A stretch of 64,000 bases of DNA from Planctomycetota bacterium (GTDB taxonomy: Bacteria; Planctomycetota; UBA11346). The stretch lies in assembly GCA_038231435.1 (NCBI GenBank), contig JBBRLJ010000010.1, forward strand, positions 57,109 through 121,108, read 5' to 3'. The notes beneath the pieces are model-generated. The model did no database searches and had not been told where the DNA came from. It was given only the letters and a program-made list of their open reading frames with translations. Shown here in pieces: positions 59,922 through 64,000 of the stretch. Each line of letters opens with the position of its first letter. The first letter of the stretch is position 1. The position numbers were made by a program, and so were the translations under genes.

Positions 59922-62771
59922 ATGGCATTGTCCGACAACCCGTCCCAGGGAGCCCCGAGCCCTGAGCTGCAGAGCGCGCAAAAGCGCGTCAACGCCCTCG
60001 AATTGGATATCGCCAACCTCAGGCGGGGCATGGTCCAGCAGTTGACGGCCTCGGGCAAGCTGCTGAAGGCAGTCTTCACCCTGGACCAGGATTACTTCGG
60101 TGGCCGCTTCCAGGCCCAGGAGTCGCCCGAGGGCAAGACCCCGATCCGCGACCTCACCGTCGCCACCCAGGTGGTCGAGGCGGTGTCCGAGCAGCTCGCC
60201 GGCGAGAGCGCGTTCGCCGACAGCCCGATGCTGCGCGACTGCGTCGCCACCATGGTCGCCGCGGTCGAGTCGCTGCGCAACCAGGCGATCGAAGTCGAGC
60301 GCGTCGGCGCCGAGGCCGTCGGCCTGCCCGCGAAGAAGGACATCTTCCCCGCCCGCACCTTCCCAGAGAACAATCCGCTCGCCTGCCTCAACGACGCCGC
60401 CGCGTTCAGCCGCGATGTGCAATCGGTGATCACCCGCACACGCGATCGCATCGGCGCGCTGAAGATGATGCTCGCCGAGGCTGAGCGTTCGCGCGTCGAG
60501 GCCGAGGCCGCGATCCCGACGGTCAACATCGAGGAGGTCTCCAAGCGTCTGAGCGACGAGCTCAAGTCCCGCGACGCCGAGGTCGCGTCGCTGCGCGCGC
60601 AGACCCTGCGCCAGCAGGAAGGAAATGCCGCCGATGTGCGCCGCGCGCGTGCCGAGCTGGCGCAGGCGCAAGAGGCGCTGTCGCGCGAGGTCGATCTGCG
60701 TCGCGCCGATCACGCCGAGGCGCGCAGCCTCGCGGCCGAGATCGAACGCATGGCTGGGGCAGACCCCGAGGCCGCGACCTCGGACGACCTCGACATCACG
60801 TTGTCGGTGCTGCACGACCAGCTCGAGAGCGGCGCCGATATCGCCTCGGTCGCGGCTGCCGCCGAAGCGGTGATGGTCAACTGGGTGAGGTTGATCACCG
60901 CGCGCGCCGAAACCGCTGGCGCACATCTCAGTGATATCCAGGCCAAGGTCGGCGGCCCGGCCAAGCAGATCCAAGCGCTCGAGACCGAGCTGGCCAAGGC
61001 CCGCACCGAGCTCGCCGCAGCCAAGGCCGCGGCCGCCAGCTCGGCGGCATCGGCATCCGGCACCGTCGCCGAGCTCGCCGCCGCGCGCAAGGAGGCCGCC
61101 GAGATCCAGGCGCGCCTGGCCGCGCGCGAGCAGGAGGTCAAGCGCCTGAGCGACGAGCGCGGCGCCGAGAAGGCCGCTCTGGCCAAGGAGCGCGAGGAGC
61201 TTGCCGCCAAGGCTCGAGCCGGCGAGGGCGCCAAGGGCGAGGATGCGGTGGTCCGCACCCAGCTGGCCGAAGTCACGCGCAGCCTGCAGACCAGCGAGCT
61301 CGCCGTGCGCGCCCGCGAGGAGGCGCTCAAGCTCCGCGATCAGGACGTGCAGCGCATCGAGGCCGAGCTGGTCAAGCTGCGCGAGCAGTCGCAGCTGCAG
61401 CTCAACGAGCAGAAGGCCAAGGCCGACGCAGCGGGCACCGATCTGGCGAAGCTGCGCGCCGAGAGCTCGCGCCTCGCGCCCGCCCTGGCCGCCGCCACCG
61501 ACAAGGAGCGGATGCTCACCAGCGAGAAGGCCCAGCTCGAGCGCGAGCGCGAGCAGCTGGTGCGCGACCGCGAGCAGCTGTCGCGCGAGCGCGACCAGCT
61601 GAAGGCTCGGCTCGACGAGCAGCGCAAGGCCACCGAGTCCGGCCTTGCCCAATCCCGCAGCGAACTCGATGCCGTCGCCAAGACCGCCGAGGCCGCGCGC
61701 GCCGCCGAGAAGCTGGCGCGCGAGGAGATGGCCCGCACCGGCGCCGCGCTCTCCGCCGGTTCCGCACGCGTCAACCAGCTTGAGCGGGATATCGCCCAGC
61801 TGCGCGCCGAGAAGGAGAAGGCCGTCGCCGGCCTCTCCCAGGTCAAACAGGAGAAGGACGCGGTCAACCGCAAGGCGACCGATCTCGAGCTCGAGCGCAC
61901 CAAGCTCGCCGGCAAGAGCGGTGAAGCCGAGGCCAAGCTGCGCGACCTCGCCCAGGAGACGGAGCGCCTCAAGGCCGCGTACGCCGACGCAGCGAAGCGC
62001 GGCGACGCTCTCACCGCCGAACTCGCCCAGACGCGCGAGAAGCTCTCAGCTGCGGTCGCTGCGCGCGAGCAGGCCGCGGCCCAGAAGGCCTCGCTGCAGG
62101 ATGCCGAGGCCACGCTCGTCGCCCAGCGCGATGCCGCGCGGGTCTCGCTCTCTGGCGCCACCGCCGAGCGCGACCGCCTCAAGTCAGGCATGGAGCGCCT
62201 CCAGGCCGACCACGAGGCCTTGGGCCGCCGCCTCGAGGAGCGCGAGGCGCAGCTGAACGCGCGCATCGCCGAGACCACCAAGCAGCTGGGCGAGCTCAAG
62301 CTCGCCCAGGCCAAGCTGCAGTCCGAAAACGAACGCCTGCAGAGCGACGCTGCTGCCAGGCAGGCCGCGGCCGTTCGCGACGCCGGACCCAGCGAGGGCA
62401 CCGCCACCTGGAGCAAGCGGCTGATCGACAGCTCGGCGATGCTCGAGGATGCGCGCAAGAAATCCTCGGAGCTGACACGCAAGGTCGAGGAGCAGAAGCG
62501 CCAGCTGGCGGACATGGAAGACCGCCTCGCGCGTTCGAAGCAGGCCGAGTCGCATCTCGGCGAGCGCATCGGCGAACTCGAGCGCAACGAGGCCAGGCTC
62601 AAGTCCGAGCTGTCCTCGAACGCCAACAAGAATCTCGGAGCGCGCATCGCCAAGCTCGAGGATGACCTCGCGACCGAGCGCCAGCGCCGCCAGGAGATGG
62701 CCGCGCTCTTGACCGAGTCGCGCACCGCGGTGATGAAAGCTCGCAAGGCGCTCACCGACGTCGGCATGTGA
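59922..62771 (+). CDS. 949-aa coiled-coil protein
   Basis: GAGGA RBS; A/E/R/K-rich heptads including QLERERE-QLVRDRE-QLSRERD; no TM or ATPase motifs seen. Confidence 0.85.
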   Translation: MALSDNPSQGAPSPELQSAQKRVNALELDIANLRRGMVQQLTASGKLLKAVFTLDQDYFGGRFQAQESPEGKTPIRDLTVATQVVEAVSEQLAGESAFADSPMLRDCVATMVAAVESLRNQAIEVERVGAEAVGLPAKKDIFPARTFPENNPLACLNDAAAFSRDVQSVITRTRDRIGALKMMLAEAERSRVEAEAAIPTVNIEEVSKRLSDELKSRDAEVASLRAQTLRQQEGNAADVRRARAELAQAQEALSREVDLRRADHAEARSLAAEIERMAGADPEAATSDDLDITLSVLHDQLESGADIASVAAAAEAVMVNWVRLITARAETAGAHLSDIQAKVGGPAKQIQALETELAKARTELAAAKAAAASSAASASGTVAELAAARKEAAEIQARLAAREQEVKRLSDERGAEKAALAKEREELAAKARAGEGAKGEDAVVRTQLAEVTRSLQTSELAVRAREEALKLRDQDVQRIEAELVKLREQSQLQLNEQKAKADAAGTDLAKLRAESSRLAPALAAATDKERMLTSEKAQLEREREQLVRDREQLSRERDQLKARLDEQRKATESGLAQSRSELDAVAKTAEAARAAEKLAREEMARTGAALSAGSARVNQLERDIAQLRAEKEKAVAGLSQVKQEKDAVNRKATDLELERTKLAGKSGEAEAKLRDLAQETERLKAAYADAAKRGDALTAELAQTREKLSAAVAAREQAAAQKASLQDAEATLVAQRDAARVSLSGATAERDRLKSGMERLQADHEALGRRLEEREAQLNARIAETTKQLGELKLAQAKLQSENERLQSDAAARQAAAVRDAGPSEGTATWSKRLIDSSAMLEDARKKSSELTRKVEEQKRQLADMEDRLARSKQAESHLGERIGELERNEARLKSELSSNANKNLGARIAKLEDDLATERQRRQEMAALLTESRTAVMKARKALTDVGM

Positions 62772-62942
62772 TCGAGCGGTCGCTGACCGTCGCGCCAGGC
62801 GACGCTGGGTCGTGGGACCGCCGCTGCGCGCGAAAACCCGGTACCCACGCGGCGCTTCACGTTCAAGGGTCTGCTGACGGTCCTGGCGGTCCTGGCGGAA
62901 GGTTCCGTAAGGGGTTATGCTCTCCCAAAGGCTGTCCCCATC

Positions 62943-63773
<831 letters not shown>

Positions 63774-63779
63774 CGTAGG

Positions 63780-64000
63780 TTTGTGCGGGGGCTCCGCCCC
63801 CGGTCCCCCACGCCCTCTGTCGCTCCTCTTTTTGTCCCTGCGGGCCAAAACGTTTGCGTGATGGGCTTCGCCCATTGTTCACGCAAACCGGAGCTCGGCG
63901 GGCGCTTTTTTGTGCGGGGGCTCCGCCCCCGGTCCCCCACGCCCTCTGTCGCTCCTCTTTTTGTCCCTGCGGGCCAAAACGTTTGCGTGATGGGCTTCGC
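63780..64000. repeat. 129-bp tandem repeat with multiple hairpins (second copy truncated by the window end)
   Basis: Unit 63780-63908; copy 2 from 63909 is identical over the 92 visible bp; hairpins GGGGGC-TCC-GCCCCC and GTTTGCGTGA..TGGGC-TTC-GCCCA..TCACGCAAAC. Confidence 0.9.

Noticed and set aside
59922..62771. SMC/SbcC chromosome-segregation ATPase
   Set aside because: No Walker A/B, signature motif or hinge; coiled-coil similarity only.
63780..64000. Possible CRISPR array
   Set aside because: Units are 129 bp and identical throughout, with no unique spacers and no cas genes in the window.

Overview
High-GC bacterial chromosomal window, most likely Planctomycetota/PVC. This is inferred from a divergent L34, a type-2 IleRS and a PVC-style MoxR-DUF58-VWA cluster. 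Left to right: a 3'-truncated coiled-coil gene missed by the ORF track; tRNA-Val(CAC) with terminator; a translationally coupled AKR-AKR-modABC operon; a large secreted beta-helix/PA14/GH-A protein; PhyH plus AraC divergent from an SGNH hydrolase; a ~21 kb MoxR-DUF58-VWA-VWA-DUF4175-like-coiled coil-prenyltransferase repeat-NPCBM-2566 aa protein cluster followed by a cyclophilin and a TlpA; ileS; a LysM lipoprotein; rdgB; an orphan ORF; two DUF4139 genes and a GH36-like enzyme; an orphan histidine kinase; lexA-recA; rpmH; a metallophosphoesterase; ROK-ppx-ppk1; a second long coiled-coil; a Ser/Thr kinase; and a 129-bp tandem hairpin repeat at the right edge. No CRISPR, integrase or transposase was seen. 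Best leads: (1) a Ppx lacking both catalytic glutamates, coupled to ppk1; (2) the extended MoxR/VWA cluster with a giant glycan-binding TPR/beta-propeller protein; (3) a candidate new SOS box inside a leaderless lexA promoter; (4) a dispersed structured repeat present twice; (5) a recurring -10 box + 6-7 nt + ATG leaderless architecture. All family assignments are by motif recognition, not database search.
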